Shown here: positions 1-10,427 of the stretch, one piece after another
Numbering within the stretch: position 1 is the first letter of the stretch
Layout: each line of letters starts with the position of its first letter
Source of the DNA: a virus
Lineage: Duplodnaviria > Caudoviricetes
Reading direction: 5' to 3' (one strand)
Length of the DNA stretch: 61,355 nucleotides
Virus record (IMG/VR): IMGVR_UViG_3300025115_000011
Location: 1 to 61,355 of that record
Program-made: the position numbers and the translations under genes
Notes under the pieces: generated by a model
What the model was told of the DNA's origin: nothing
Databases searched by the model: none
The model's input: the letters and a program-made list of their open reading frames with translations, nothing else

Positions 1-521
1 AAGCACTGCAAGCGCACCTATTATTTCTTTTTCAAACAACATTGGTTCGCCGCCTACTATCTCGAGGTGCTCTATTTCGGGTAGTAAGTGCATTAACTCA
101 GCTAACAAGTTATTATTTCTAATAGATGTATTCGGAGTAGTTGAGGTAGCAATCTTTTTAGCAAGAGAGTTCCACTTACTCGACCATACCGGAGAACAGG
201 AAGCGCACTGCAAATTACAGGTATTTCCGAAAGCCAGAGTTAACATTTTTAACTTGTTGTTGACCCTGAATTTAGGAAATATTTGAGTAGAATCGTTAAC
301 CCGTTTACTTAATAATCCAGCGTCTTCGTCTTTTTACACCTAATACACTCATCCGGTAAAACTCCAGACATTAGTATGTCCATTGTGTTTCTTAGTAGAT
401 CAGACGAATTATATTCAGCGATGCTACCAACGAACGGCTTAGTGAATTTACAGCAAGGTTTTAGTGTTAGTTGTGGGCTGATGTCTAAGCTAACCCACGG
501 GTGTAGACACAACGGTTTCAT
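1..521 (-). pseudogene. Radical SAM protein with N-terminal SPASM/twitch-like Cys cluster; frameshifted near 331-335, 3' end runs off the window
   Basis: ORF 309-521 has CLHPW...PCC...CIRC. Adding one A in the A5 run continues as DEDAGLLSKR...GNTCNLQCASCSP (CxxxCxxC)...IVGGEPML to position 1. Confidence 0.75.
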
Positions 522-537
522 ATAGTGTACAATTTAA

Positions 538-549
538 TAAATATATTTA
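538..549. promoter_or_regulatory. Palindromic bidirectional late promoter TAAATA/TATTTA
   Basis: TAAATATATTTA lies between divergent ORFs starting at 521(-) and 569(+); resembles the T4 late box. Confidence 0.55.
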
Positions 550-568
550 ACCTTAAAGGTAAAGCATC

Positions 569-814
569 TTGCAAAAAAAAACTAAGAGCATACTCGACGA
601 AATTGATAATCTTTTTGTACAAAGAGACAAAGAACACATCATTGAAAGTCGGGTAACTCACGTGATCCAGGGTGCAATCAATCTGATTAATCTAATTAGA
701 GAAGAGTATGATGCAGAAACCGCTTCGGAGTTAGAGAGAAGAATTATTAACAGTATTAAAGGGCAAGATTCCTCTAAATTTGCTAGAGGAATAAAGAGGG
801 TTAAAGGACAATAA
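569..814 (+). CDS. Hypothetical protein
   Basis: 81-aa ORF, TTG start, abuts the next gene. Confidence 0.7.
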   Translation: MQKKTKSILDEIDNLFVQRDKEHIIESRVTHVIQGAINLINLIREEYDAETASELERRIINSIKGQDSSKFARGIKRVKGQ

Positions 815-1459
815 ATGAGCACACGACCGGACTTATTACGAAAGTATTCAGATTTACTTGAATCGAGCGAAACCGAAGTTGAAGAAGGGGTACTAGATTT
901 TCTAAAACACCCGTTAAACACGCAGGCCAGAAATGCATCTTCTGCTCAACGAGGACAAAACGAAAAAATTAAAAATACAGCTGATACTGCATTCACTAAG
1001 TGGAATCAAAAAGCTGCAAGCATTAATCACACCGGCACACCTCCTACTCCTGAGCAATTCGAGCAGTGGGTACAGAAATATTTTAAGTTAACTGTTCCGG
1101 TTGACCAAATGAACTTAAACTTAGATGACCCTAAATCAGTGTACAAAGCAATTACCCAGATGGCCGGTCATTACTATGCAGGCACAACACCAGCACCAGC
1201 ACCAGGTGGCACAACTCCCGCAGCTGGTGGCACAACACCAGCAGCAGCAGGAGGCACACCGCCAGCAGCAGCAGCAGGAGGCACACCGCCAGCGACAGCA
1301 TTTAACCCTGCAGACTTAACATCTGCAATCAACACTGCTCTTAACGATCCGAATCTAAAATGGAACAGAGAATTAAAAGCAGCAGTTAAAAACTTGTGGG
1401 TGCGTATGGGCGGAATTAAAGCAGAGTCTAAGACCACTAACAGAAAGATGGTAACGTGA
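815..1459 (+). CDS. Hypothetical, possibly virion-internal protein with low-complexity PAAGGT linker
   Basis: 214 aa; acidic N-terminus with LLE/VEE motifs; tandem P-A-A-G-G-T repeats at about 1180-1300. Confidence 0.75.
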   Translation: MSTRPDLLRKYSDLLESSETEVEEGVLDFLKHPLNTQARNASSAQRGQNEKIKNTADTAFTKWNQKAASINHTGTPPTPEQFEQWVQKYFKLTVPVDQMNLNLDDPKSVYKAITQMAGHYYAGTTPAPAPGGTTPAAGGTTPAAAGGTPPAAAAGGTPPATAFNPADLTSAINTALNDPNLKWNRELKAAVKNLWVRMGGIKAESKTTNRKMVT

Positions 1460-2229
1460 TCCTAAGTGAAGGCGGTAATGCAATTCCGGATTCTATTCCT
1501 GTACTTAAACAGTATATAGGACCTGTTGTCCGTAAAGCTATTTCCCTATTACCACCCGAACTGCAAGGAGCAGTACAAACTGACATTGGGTCGGCGGGAT
1601 ATAAAGCAGAGTCCGGTGACATCGATGTGTTCATTGACGCACAAGCAGTAATTGATCATTTTAAAACAGGCAACGACAAAAAGTCACCAGAGACCGCAGC
1701 AAAGAAAGCGTTGGAAGCACACTTCCTTTCTAAAGGGGTGCAAGCAAACGTTAAGGGCAGGAACGTTCACGTCGGTGTACCGTTTCCATCTGGTATTGCA
1801 CAAATTGACTTCATGGTTATTCCTGATTCCAAAGAAGTTGCACCGTGGCATCAGCATGGCCCTCGTGGTATGTACAACGAGCCGAACTTTAAAGGTAACG
1901 CAATATTCATTCTGATGAACAGCCTCGGTAAACCTTTGGGATTAAAGTTCGATGCATTTGGAGCAAAGTTATTACGACGAGATAACAACGAGATAGTAGC
2001 TCGTTCACGTGATGACGTTGCTAAGTTGTTACTGAATCCGCAAGCAACAGGCAATGACTTAAATTCAGTTAAGTCTATTTTAAATGCATTACGTAATGAT
2101 CCTCGTAAAGAAGAAAAGCTTGCACAAGCAAAAGATGATGCAGCCAAAGGATTGATTACGTTACCAGAGTCTATTCAAGAAGGCTCGGTAGCCTGGTTTA
2201 GTGCAGTAAAAGCATTACTAGTAAAATGA
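1456..2229 (+). CDS. Pol-beta superfamily nucleotidyltransferase
   Basis: GSAGYKAESGDIDV (GS...DxD) plus third Asp in QIDFM; starts MILSE-GG. Confidence 0.75.
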   Translation: MILSEGGNAIPDSIPVLKQYIGPVVRKAISLLPPELQGAVQTDIGSAGYKAESGDIDVFIDAQAVIDHFKTGNDKKSPETAAKKALEAHFLSKGVQANVKGRNVHVGVPFPSGIAQIDFMVIPDSKEVAPWHQHGPRGMYNEPNFKGNAIFILMNSLGKPLGLKFDAFGAKLLRRDNNEIVARSRDDVAKLLLNPQATGNDLNSVKSILNALRNDPRKEEKLAQAKDDAAKGLITLPESIQEGSVAWFSAVKALLVK

Positions 2230-2873
2230 GAGCTAACGAGTTTTTAGCAGAGATGTATGCTGACGAGACGCCTGACCAAAAATGGGATCGATTGCAAATC
2301 GATAAATTAATAGATGCCTTGCGTACTAATTGTGCGCCGTACTTTAAAGAAACAAACCGTATTATGTATCGCGGCATAAATGCAGCAAGGATGCCAGACT
2401 TAGTATCAGTTGCATCTACTTCTAAAGAGAGATTTCCTAGGGATACCCCAAACATCCTTAATCAGTTTATTGTTGAATGGTTTGAGCAAAACGTTGGGAT
2501 TCCGTACCGCAAAGAACATACATTATTTGCTACTGGTTCACGATTGGAAGCCGACGGGTACGGAGCAGCATTTATGGTATTTCCAATCGGCGAGTTTGAG
2601 TATTGCTGGTCGCCAGTACACTCAGATTTGACTGACGCATTAGCCAGCATGTCGGGTAATAGTTTGCGTATGGATGAGATTAAAACTTCGGTGTACAAAG
2701 TGATGAATCGAGGGCAGTATGAATTTAACTTTGATTTAACTAGTGCAATTGATTCTAAGAATGAGATTATGATATATTGTAAACAATACTATGCTATAAA
2801 CTTTCATTCATTGACTGTTGATTATCGAACAAAGATCGATTTTAACCTATTTAAAGCTGAACTGTTTCGGTAA
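2226..2873 (+). CDS. Tagged (MRANEFLAE) ADP-ribosyltransferase-like paralog 1
   Basis: YRG...FATGS...YG...FP...WS...NEIMI, shared with four ORFs at 47-50 kb. The ART fold is an inference. Confidence 0.6.
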   Translation: MRANEFLAEMYADETPDQKWDRLQIDKLIDALRTNCAPYFKETNRIMYRGINAARMPDLVSVASTSKERFPRDTPNILNQFIVEWFEQNVGIPYRKEHTLFATGSRLEADGYGAAFMVFPIGEFEYCWSPVHSDLTDALASMSGNSLRMDEIKTSVYKVMNRGQYEFNFDLTSAIDSKNEIMIYCKQYYAINFHSLTVDYRTKIDFNLFKAELFR

Positions 2874-2897
2874 ATATAGTAAAGGTAAGGTATTGAC

Positions 2898-3773
2898 ATG
2901 AGAGCAAAAGATTTTATTACAGAAAAAGCTGACTACAGCACAAGGATGGAAGCATACTCCCAACTTGAGTCTTTATACAGAAGAGTGTATGCCCCTCAAT
3001 TTAAAAAAGAAAAAGTTAAACCACTTAAACCAGAAGAGTTAGAGCCAACACTTAACCAAGCGGCACAGTTGTTAAAAATAACCGGTCGAGGCACTAAGAA
3101 TTGGGGCAGTGATTTTTCAGCCGGTTATCTATATGATAACATTGTTGTTGAGATCAGAAAGATACTAGCAAAGTCTGGCAATAACATTTTCCCGAACGCT
3201 AAAACAACTATTGGGTTCGCAAAAGAGTTAGCAGCATATTACGGCGGTAGATATACCTGGAGAAATCCAACAGTCTGGTCTCGCAGTACCGGCGGCAAAT
3301 ATGCCGATCCATCTACTCACATTGCGTTTGACTCTAAAGAAAAAGCAAATGACGTGTGGGCAGATTTAGAGAAACACGGTAAACGAGTTTATATTAAAGA
3401 CAGCCCATCCTCTGCTCCTCGTACCTACATTAAAATTGGTGGCTTACTTATTACCTGGTCAAGCAGAACCCGTGGAGCATTTAGCGATAACCCAGAGACT
3501 GAACACAGTTTCTCGGTTCAAACTACAAAGATTTTAAACAACTATTTAAGAACAAAGCAGGACATCACTGACCAACAGGCAGCAGCATTACAAGATATCG
3601 CAAACACTAAAAATGCTAATGCAATGGAAATGATTAAGGCCATTGTAGCAGTGTTTAAAGGCGAAGAAGAAGTTAAACAAGTTATTGCACAAAGTCAAAA
3701 AATTGCTCCTCAAGATAAGGCAAAACTTGATGCTATTATTGCTGGTGCACAGAACTTTAAGGAACCTGAGTGA
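2898..3773 (+). CDS. Tagged (MRAKDFITE) hypothetical protein
   Basis: 291-aa ORF, TAAATA at 2871-2876 upstream. Confidence 0.75.
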   Translation: MRAKDFITEKADYSTRMEAYSQLESLYRRVYAPQFKKEKVKPLKPEELEPTLNQAAQLLKITGRGTKNWGSDFSAGYLYDNIVVEIRKILAKSGNNIFPNAKTTIGFAKELAAYYGGRYTWRNPTVWSRSTGGKYADPSTHIAFDSKEKANDVWADLEKHGKRVYIKDSPSSAPRTYIKIGGLLITWSSRTRGAFSDNPETEHSFSVQTTKILNNYLRTKQDITDQQAAALQDIANTKNANAMEMIKAIVAVFKGEEEVKQVIAQSQKIAPQDKAKLDAIIAGAQNFKEPE

Positions 3774-4906
3774 GAGCAAGTGAGTTTATAACAGAATCTA
3801 AGAAAACATTCCGTCTGAACGAAGTTGGGATGGCTCATGCTGAGGATATTATTTTCTACGAAGGTAGTAACGGAGCACTACGAGTAATTAATTCGTTTGC
3901 TAACTTACCAAAGAACAGAGATGAAGTGCTCACTATTAAGTGGGACGGGCAGGTTGCATTATTTGCAGGCCGTGAGAACGGGCAGTTTATTATGACTGAC
4001 ATGGCTGGTTGGACAGCTAAAGGATACAATGGCCTTTATACATCTGCAAAAGAGTTTTTAACACAAAAACGTAGCAAAGGCGGGAATGAAGAGTTTCTTG
4101 CAAAAATAGAAGCACTATGGCCAATTATGGAATCAGCAGTGCCACTAAACTACAAAGGTTTTGTTAAGGGCGATGTTATGTGGTGGCCTGGTAACCTTAA
4201 AGAAAACAACAACCGTTGGGTGTTTGGTGAAGGAACAACCACGTACGAAATCGATAAAGACTCAACCTTAGGACACCGTGTCGGCCAAGGCGAAGCAGGT
4301 TTTGCGGTACATGGTTACACTCCGTCTACTCAAGATAAAACGCCAACTCCTATTAAGAATATGGCAGGGTTAAACCCTAACGGCCGTTTGTGTATTCTCG
4401 GACCTGAGATTAAAGTTGAAGGGGATATTCAACTTAACAAAGGTAAGATCAAGGAAGCAAAAGATTATGTTAGAAAGAATGCAAAAGCAATCGACTCGTT
4501 CTTAGACGAAGCAACGCTTAAAGCAAACAAAATGTCAGGACTTCCTGACATGTTATATACCTTCGTTAACCAACAAGTAAAAACACGAGACTTATCTGGT
4601 TTAGCAACAAAGTTCTTACCATGGGTAGCACAGAATCCTAAATTATCTAAACCAATGATACAGAAGGTAACCGAATACGTGACTGCAAACAGTGCGGGCC
4701 TGCAAGCAATCTTTAATGTGTTCGATGCTGTGACTTATCTAAAGCATGATATTATTAATCAGCTTGACTCACACGAAGGGCCTATCCATGCACATATTAA
4801 AGGTGCACGAGGCGGCGAAGGTTATGTAGTGTCATCCACGGAAGGTCCGATTAAAGCAGTAAACCGCACACACTTCTCAGCAGCTAACTTTGCTAATCAC
4901 GAATAA
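3770..4906 (+). CDS. Tagged (MRASEFITE) ATP-dependent ligase-like (RNA ligase/covalent nucleotidyltransferase) protein
   Basis: Motif I TIKWDG, motif IV EGYVV, motif V Lys (IKAVNR). Confidence 0.6.
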   Translation: MRASEFITESKKTFRLNEVGMAHAEDIIFYEGSNGALRVINSFANLPKNRDEVLTIKWDGQVALFAGRENGQFIMTDMAGWTAKGYNGLYTSAKEFLTQKRSKGGNEEFLAKIEALWPIMESAVPLNYKGFVKGDVMWWPGNLKENNNRWVFGEGTTTYEIDKDSTLGHRVGQGEAGFAVHGYTPSTQDKTPTPIKNMAGLNPNGRLCILGPEIKVEGDIQLNKGKIKEAKDYVRKNAKAIDSFLDEATLKANKMSGLPDMLYTFVNQQVKTRDLSGLATKFLPWVAQNPKLSKPMIQKVTEYVTANSAGLQAIFNVFDAVTYLKHDIINQLDSHEGPIHAHIKGARGGEGYVVSSTEGPIKAVNRTHFSAANFANHE

Positions 4907-5976
4907 TGTTTGACTTTGATGGGTTAGTATTAAAACCTACTACTAATTTATCAGAAATAACATCATTGAGTCAAGACCCTGTTTTAGTTAATGATCATAT
5001 TTCTACTTTCACTTTAAGTGACGGTGAAAAGAGCAAAGCACATAATTCATCTTTTGATAATGTTGTATCTTTAAATCCTTCTTCTACTTTTATATTTGAC
5101 CATTATATACATTTAGATAACATACCGAATGCAATTTTCTTAAATTACTTTTTTCTTATTACTGTTCGAGAATTCATTCCAACATACATCTTTTTGCCTA
5201 AAGAAAGAGAAGTTACGAATCATTTTACTACATTAATAAACCGTATGCGCCCAACCAGGGCATTAGTTAGTTGTTGGGTTGCAAACAAATGCAGAACTAT
5301 ACCATTCGAATATAGTTTGCATAAAAATAGTGAATTACTTGGGCAAATATTACTTGCAACAGATTCGTACGGGTTAAGGACTAATAGGTTATTACAGCCG
5401 AATTTTTACGACACCGATTGTATTGCAAGTAAGGATCAGAAAGTAGTTAAGTTTACGTCTAACCTAGATAACTTTTTAAGCATTAGGAAGCAATTCTACA
5501 ATCAGTCAGTGTTAAGTTTAGTTACCGAGCCACCATTTAACGAACTTGGTATTATGTTTACTGAAAAAACAATACAGGCTTGGTATGCAGGGCATTTTGT
5601 AATCTGGGTAGGAGGTTATAAAGCAGCCGAGTATGCAAAAAAACTTGGATTCGACACGTTTGACGATATTATCGACCATAGTTACCAATATATCGAAGAT
5701 CCAGTTAACAGAAGCATAATGTCTTTAGTGTTAAACAAAGATTTAATCTTTAACTTAACCAGGCAGAAAGAATTGTATGTTAACCATTACGATAGAATTG
5801 AACAGAATGTTTTGTTACTTAAAGACATTAACCGATTAAAGCAAAATACAATAAATATAAATGATGCAGTAATGTGGGATAAGTTTTCCAACAATCCGCA
5901 CAACACGCTATATCAACAATGGGAAAAGAATCTATTTGTCAATGAAGAATACACCGTTTATACAAGAATTAGTTGA
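4906..5976 (+). CDS. Glycosyltransferase-like protein (GT10/fucosyltransferase-like C-terminus)
   Basis: VTE...FTEKT...GHFVIWVG...LGFDTF; paralogous to 30418-31575. Confidence 0.5.
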   Translation: MFDFDGLVLKPTTNLSEITSLSQDPVLVNDHISTFTLSDGEKSKAHNSSFDNVVSLNPSSTFIFDHYIHLDNIPNAIFLNYFFLITVREFIPTYIFLPKEREVTNHFTTLINRMRPTRALVSCWVANKCRTIPFEYSLHKNSELLGQILLATDSYGLRTNRLLQPNFYDTDCIASKDQKVVKFTSNLDNFLSIRKQFYNQSVLSLVTEPPFNELGIMFTEKTIQAWYAGHFVIWVGGYKAAEYAKKLGFDTFDDIIDHSYQYIEDPVNRSIMSLVLNKDLIFNLTRQKELYVNHYDRIEQNVLLLKDINRLKQNTININDAVMWDKFSNNPHNTLYQQWEKNLFVNEEYTVYTRIS

Positions 5977-6514
5977 GGCACGTTTATATAAAGGTGAAAG
6001 TACCCTTAAAGGTAAAACCGCCAAAGAGATCGCGTCTATTGTATTTTTAATGATTATGACTTTAGAAATACTTCGGCACGAAAGCCCGTCGTATGCTAAA
6101 AAGTATGTTGAGAACACTTTCCAGTTTGGTGAGTTCAACTCAATGAGATCAGTTATGTCTGACTTAGGTAATTTACTTGCAGTACTGTCTAACCAAAAAG
6201 ATTATGACAACACTATTAAAGCTGACTTCGGGATTAATATTCCGTTCTTGCAGTTAAAACGGTACTTAATGGATATGAAGAACGGGAACAAAACCTCGTC
6301 GGTAGATAAAACTTTCTTCTTAAAGTTAGAAGACTTCCTTAAGGTTAACGAGAGTTTGCATAAAACAATTCGCCGTTATGTAACTAACTGGGATACTACC
6401 CAAGCAGCAGAGAAGAAGAACGTAGTAGAGATTATTAAGCGAGAGTTTAACACCAGATCAAACTACAACGACATATACCTACATTTAAAGTCTGAATCTC
6501 TTACATTCAAATAG
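5942..6514 (+). CDS. Hypothetical protein
   Basis: ORF; ATG at 5942 (MKNTPFIQELVE). Confidence 0.7.
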   Translation: MKNTPFIQELVEARLYKGESTLKGKTAKEIASIVFLMIMTLEILRHESPSYAKKYVENTFQFGEFNSMRSVMSDLGNLLAVLSNQKDYDNTIKADFGINIPFLQLKRYLMDMKNGNKTSSVDKTFFLKLEDFLKVNESLHKTIRRYVTNWDTTQAAEKKNVVEIIKREFNTRSNYNDIYLHLKSESLTFK

Positions 6515-6587
6515 ACGCCAATTTTTGTCGCAAATGATAAATATCTATATGCAAAAATAATTTGCAAATATATTTAGGAGATTTATT

Positions 6588-6920
6588 ATGCCAACAGTAC
6601 AGAGAGTAAGCGGCGACGCAAAACACGTAGTATACACAGATATGGGTTCAATGGTTGCACCAGGTATCGGTAAGTACCCAGTTGCAGTTAAAGTAACTTT
6701 AGCAGCAGCAGCAGGAGGCAACTTAGCTTTAGGCGGCAACGTTGAATCAGCATTACGCATTTTACAAGTTAAAGGTACAACATTAGTTTACCAAGTTAAC
6801 GGTACAAAGTTAAGCGTTTTAATGGAAGCAAGCGGTTGGGTTGACGATGCAGAGATGTTAGCAGCATTAGGTGCTTTAGCATCAGCAGTTAGCACAGCAG
6901 GTGGTTTCGAGCTTGCTTAA
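6588..6920 (+). CDS. Small Ala/Gly/Val-rich protein, probably a highly expressed virion protein
   Basis: Own TAAATA (6538-6543), AGGAG SD, biased codons, own terminator. Confidence 0.65.
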   Translation: MPTVQRVSGDAKHVVYTDMGSMVAPGIGKYPVAVKVTLAAAAGGNLALGGNVESALRILQVKGTTLVYQVNGTKLSVLMEASGWVDDAEMLAALGALASAVSTAGGFELA

Positions 6921-6940
6921 TTAAAAGTTAAGTACAAAGA

Positions 6941-6968
6941 AAAGGCAGTTTTATAACTGCCTTTTTTT
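6941..6968 (+). terminator. Rho-independent terminator
   Basis: AAAGGCAGTT-TTAT-AACTGCCTTT followed by a T run. Confidence 0.85.
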
Positions 6969-6991
6969 ACGGCCATAAATATTGGCATCGT

Positions 6992-7459
6992 ATGAATTTT
7001 AGTGACTCTGATCCGTTGTTGCAGTTATACATGGGGTTTACCCTTGTTGACATCACGCAGACAAAAATTACTAACGTTAAAGATTCGGCCGCTAACCCTA
7101 AGGGCAGAAACCAGCAGAGAAACTGGGAAGCATTAGTGCAAGTTCTAGGATTACGTGCTCAACCAATCATTCTTGAATACTTAGGAGTCGAAACAGAAAC
7201 GTTATCAAGTTACGAGTTTGGTAAATTATACACTGGAACCCATAAAGTGTGGGGGTTTAAATTTGGAGTAGAACACGCAGGTGTTTATGACGGTGCATAT
7301 CCTTTTAGTGTGTTAAATTCAGATTGCAACAAAGTTCCGGTGGTTGCAAACTTAGATGAAACCATACAACTATCTAACTCTATTTTCTCAACCGAAGGCG
7401 AAACTAAGAACATATATTTTAGTGTTTTACAAAACATAAATACACAATGCGAATTGTAG
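6992..7459 (+). CDS. Hypothetical late protein
   Basis: ORF preceded by TAAATA at 6976-6981. Confidence 0.7.
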   Translation: MNFSDSDPLLQLYMGFTLVDITQTKITNVKDSAANPKGRNQQRNWEALVQVLGLRAQPIILEYLGVETETLSSYEFGKLYTGTHKVWGFKFGVEHAGVYDGAYPFSVLNSDCNKVPVVANLDETIQLSNSIFSTEGETKNIYFSVLQNINTQCEL

Positions 7460-7659
7460 AACTATTGAATAATTTATCGGTTCCTTTAACAAATGAGGAA
7501 TCGGAGATATTAGATAAGTTTGCTAACCTAACAGAGATTAGCAAGTCGTCTCTTGATCCTAGAGAGCAGTTACTAGCTAATCAGCTAGTAAACAAAGAAG
7601 TCTTAACTAGAAAAAATAATGGCCAGCAAATCATCTACAAAAAGAAAATCCGCTCCTAA
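7447..7659 (+). CDS. Small hypothetical protein (winged-helix-like C-terminus)
   Basis: TAAATA 4 nt before ATG; LANQLVNKEVLTRK motif. Confidence 0.65.
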   Translation: MRIVELLNNLSVPLTNEESEILDKFANLTEISKSSLDPREQLLANQLVNKEVLTRKNNGQQIIYKKKIRS

Positions 7660-8110
7660 AAAGAAAAGCGTCTCGGCTGATGTAGTAATTGAGAAAGCTA
7701 GGTCTCTATTAGAAACCGAACGAGACACTTTTATTGTTACAAAGATCTCTGACTCTCAATATAAAGTAGGTAACTTTTTAGTTACTGAAGATAACGGGTG
7801 CTGGTGTGTTAATAATAAAAAATTTAACTTTCGTATAAATGCGGTAGCATACTGTGCATTAGTTCATGTAGGGTATGGAAATAACGCAAACACCGTTTTT
7901 GACCTAGACAGCAAAGTGTCTCGGTTACTCAATGAAAAACTACTATTCGAACAACGGTTAGTTAACTCGATTCGAGTTAAAGATGACTGGAAAATGCAGG
8001 TATACAGTGCAAGGTATGCTGATGTTAAAGCTCATCTGAGTAAGCATCAAATCGAATTGCAGAAAACTTTAAACCTTGCTAAATACATTAAATTATGGTC
8101 TGACCAATAA
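7619..8110 (+). CDS. Hypothetical protein
   Basis: 163-aa ORF in the operon. Confidence 0.65.
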   Translation: MASKSSTKRKSAPKKKSVSADVVIEKARSLLETERDTFIVTKISDSQYKVGNFLVTEDNGCWCVNNKKFNFRINAVAYCALVHVGYGNNANTVFDLDSKVSRLLNEKLLFEQRLVNSIRVKDDWKMQVYSARYADVKAHLSKHQIELQKTLNLAKYIKLWSDQ

Positions 8111-8119
8111 GGAACAAAC

Positions 8120-8827
8120 ATGAAAATTACAGATATGAGCTTAGACTCAATTAAGAAAATTAACAAAGTAACTGAAAGTCGTTTCGGCTACAAGATCGAC
8201 TATAGCAAAATGACTGGCGCAAAAGCAAGAAAGATGCTTGCAACAGTTAACGAAACTATTAATTCAGTTCGTCGTAGTCACAGCATTCACAGTGCAGAGA
8301 AGAATCCAAAGTACATGGAATTGTTAATGATTCGCGAAGGTTTAACATCGTGGGTTAAAGCTAACAGCCGTAAGATTATGGAGAGCGAAGTTGGTCAAGC
8401 AGAAGCTATTCTTGCTGCGAAAGACATGGTTGATTCGTTACAAGACATGCTTGAGAAAATTGGTAAAATGTCGATTGAACAATTACCAGCATTAACCGAT
8501 ACTATCCGTGACCAAATCGGTAGCGAACAAGCAGTTCAGTTTAAAACTACAGTAGGGCAAACATTAGCAGGACTAATGGAGCAGTTAAATCAAGCACGTG
8601 ACGGCATGGACAATGCTGCTCGTGCATTAGCCGGCGAAAACGCTGATATGTCGATGGGCATGCCAGGCGCAGAAGCAGGTAATGAACTTGACTTAGGTAT
8701 GGGTGCAGATCCGATGGCAGCAGGCGGTGAGATGGGTGCAGATCCAATGGCAGGTGTTGAAGACGAATTTGCAGCAACAGATGCAGCAGCAGGCGGTCCA
8801 GAAGACATCGGAAGAGAGATGCGCTAA
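8120..8827 (+). CDS. Helical protein with acidic low-complexity tail; possible prohead core/scaffold component
   Basis: Coiled-coil core, acidic M/G/A/D/P-rich C-terminus, late promoter and SD. Function inferred. Confidence 0.55.
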   Translation: MKITDMSLDSIKKINKVTESRFGYKIDYSKMTGAKARKMLATVNETINSVRRSHSIHSAEKNPKYMELLMIREGLTSWVKANSRKIMESEVGQAEAILAAKDMVDSLQDMLEKIGKMSIEQLPALTDTIRDQIGSEQAVQFKTTVGQTLAGLMEQLNQARDGMDNAARALAGENADMSMGMPGAEAGNELDLGMGADPMAAGGEMGADPMAGVEDEFAATDAAAGGPEDIGREMR

Positions 8828-9309
8828 TGCGAGTTAAAGACGTAATTTTCGAAGCAGTATGGGACGAACCGATAAACGAAGCTGGATATGCTCGTGATTC
8901 AATGCGGCCAACTGGCGCTCCCTTAGATCCATATGCAGACACAGAGTCTGGTATCTTAGATGCAGAACCAGAAATGGAACTTTCGTCTAACGCAGATCAG
9001 AAGATGATTAACGCAGTTCGCAAGGTATGTGACCAGTATAAAGGACAAGGTCATGCTCAAGTCGAGTTACTACCATTCCTTACTAAGGTTATGGAGTATG
9101 TTAAGAAGCCAGTTAACCTCGCTGACTTAATTGCTATCAACAAGAAATCGCCAGAGATTCAAGCGTTAGTCGACACGATCGACGAAAAGAAAGTTAAGTT
9201 TAAGAACATGTCGGTTAAGAACGAAGATCCTGCTAAAGAACGTGCTAACGCACAAGCAAAACAAGCATCAACAGTGTCAGGTATGGCTTCAAGAGCATTA
9301 GGAAAATAA
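8827..9309 (+). CDS. Hypothetical protein (MRVKDVIFE), related to the next ORF
   Basis: C-terminus TVSGMASRALGK resembles TVDSMAKSALNKRQ of 9310-9705. Confidence 0.7.
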   Translation: MRVKDVIFEAVWDEPINEAGYARDSMRPTGAPLDPYADTESGILDAEPEMELSSNADQKMINAVRKVCDQYKGQGHAQVELLPFLTKVMEYVKKPVNLADLIAINKKSPEIQALVDTIDEKKVKFKNMSVKNEDPAKERANAQAKQASTVSGMASRALGK

Positions 9310-9705
9310 ATGCGGTTTAACGAGTTTGCAGTTAAAGAAGAATACCTCAAAGTAAAAGAGGACGACGACCAAAGTGCTCAATTAGCAGCAGTGTTGGTAT
9401 CAGTCCTTCAATTTATTAAAGGAAGAGCAGAAGACCAAAACGCTCCTGCTAAAATCAACACACAAAGTTTAATTAACTTAGTTAAAAACGTTGGTCATCC
9501 AAATTTTGGATATGCTGATTTAGTTGATGCTCACGAGCAAATGGATACCGTTAAAAATATGATCAAGTCTTTTAACAAAGATGAAGTTATATTACGCTCT
9601 GACGATGACGAAGAAGATGAAGAGCAAGTAGCAGATACCCCTGCCCAAAGTCCAGAAGATACAGTTGACTCTATGGCAAAAAGTGCATTAAACAAACGCC
9701 AATAA
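9310..9705 (+). CDS. Hypothetical protein (MRFNEF, tag-like)
   Basis: 131-aa ORF with paralog-like tail shared with 8827. Confidence 0.7.
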   Translation: MRFNEFAVKEEYLKVKEDDDQSAQLAAVLVSVLQFIKGRAEDQNAPAKINTQSLINLVKNVGHPNFGYADLVDAHEQMDTVKNMIKSFNKDEVILRSDDDEEDEEQVADTPAQSPEDTVDSMAKSALNKRQ

Positions 9706-9743
9706 ATTTGTTTAATGGAGTGTAATATACTATAATTAATAGT

Positions 9744-10427
9744 ATGTTTACTCCAAAATTTAATTACACAAAACTAACAAGAGAGACAGTAGATGGTAAA
9801 CGCCACTACTGTACTCCTGATGGGAGAAAGCTCCCATCAGTAACTACTATTCTTGACAAAACAAAACCGGAAGAAAAAGTAAAAGCACTACAGGAATGGC
9901 GTGATAGAGTTGGGCATCAAAAAGCTCAACAAATCACTACAGAGGCGGCCTCTCGTGGCACCAGTATGCACTCGCATTTAGAGAATTACCTAAAAAATGG
10001 AGAGCATAAACGTATTGGAACAAACTTAGTGCATGATCAAGGTTACAAAATGGCTGACATCATTATTAACAATGCACTAGTTAATATTGATGAAGTGTGG
10101 GGTATGGAAGTTCCAGTTTACTTTCCGGGTTTATATGCTGGATCAACTGACTTAGCCTGCGTATTTAAAGGAAAGCCGTCAATTTGTGACCACAAACAAT
10201 CGAATCGACTTAAGAAAAAGGAGTATATCGAAGATTACCTACTACAGTTGGTTGCGTATGCATTGGCTCATAATGAAGTGCATGGAACTGACATTAAAGA
10301 GGGACATATTTTCATGTGTACTAAAGACTTACAATATCAACAATTTGATTTAACACCCAACATGTTTGATGAATATTTAGAAAAATGGCTTACTCGTGTG
10401 GAGCAATTTTACAAAATTACCGGTTAA
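9744..10427 (+). CDS. PD-(D/E)XK exonuclease (Cas4/MGME1-like phage exonuclease)
   Basis: LPSVTTIL, RGTSMH, E-x-x-V, YAGSTD, DHK, QLVAY motifs. Confidence 0.85.
   Translation: MFTPKFNYTKLTRETVDGKRHYCTPDGRKLPSVTTILDKTKPEEKVKALQEWRDRVGHQKAQQITTEAASRGTSMHSHLENYLKNGEHKRIGTNLVHDQGYKMADIIINNALVNIDEVWGMEVPVYFPGLYAGSTDLACVFKGKPSICDHKQSNRLKKKEYIEDYLLQLVAYALAHNEVHGTDIKEGHIFMCTKDLQYQQFDLTPNMFDEYLEKWLTRVEQFYKITG

Noticed and set aside
1180-1300. Tandem DNA repeat as a non-coding element
   Set aside because: Encodes an in-frame PAAGGT low-complexity linker with synonymous variation.
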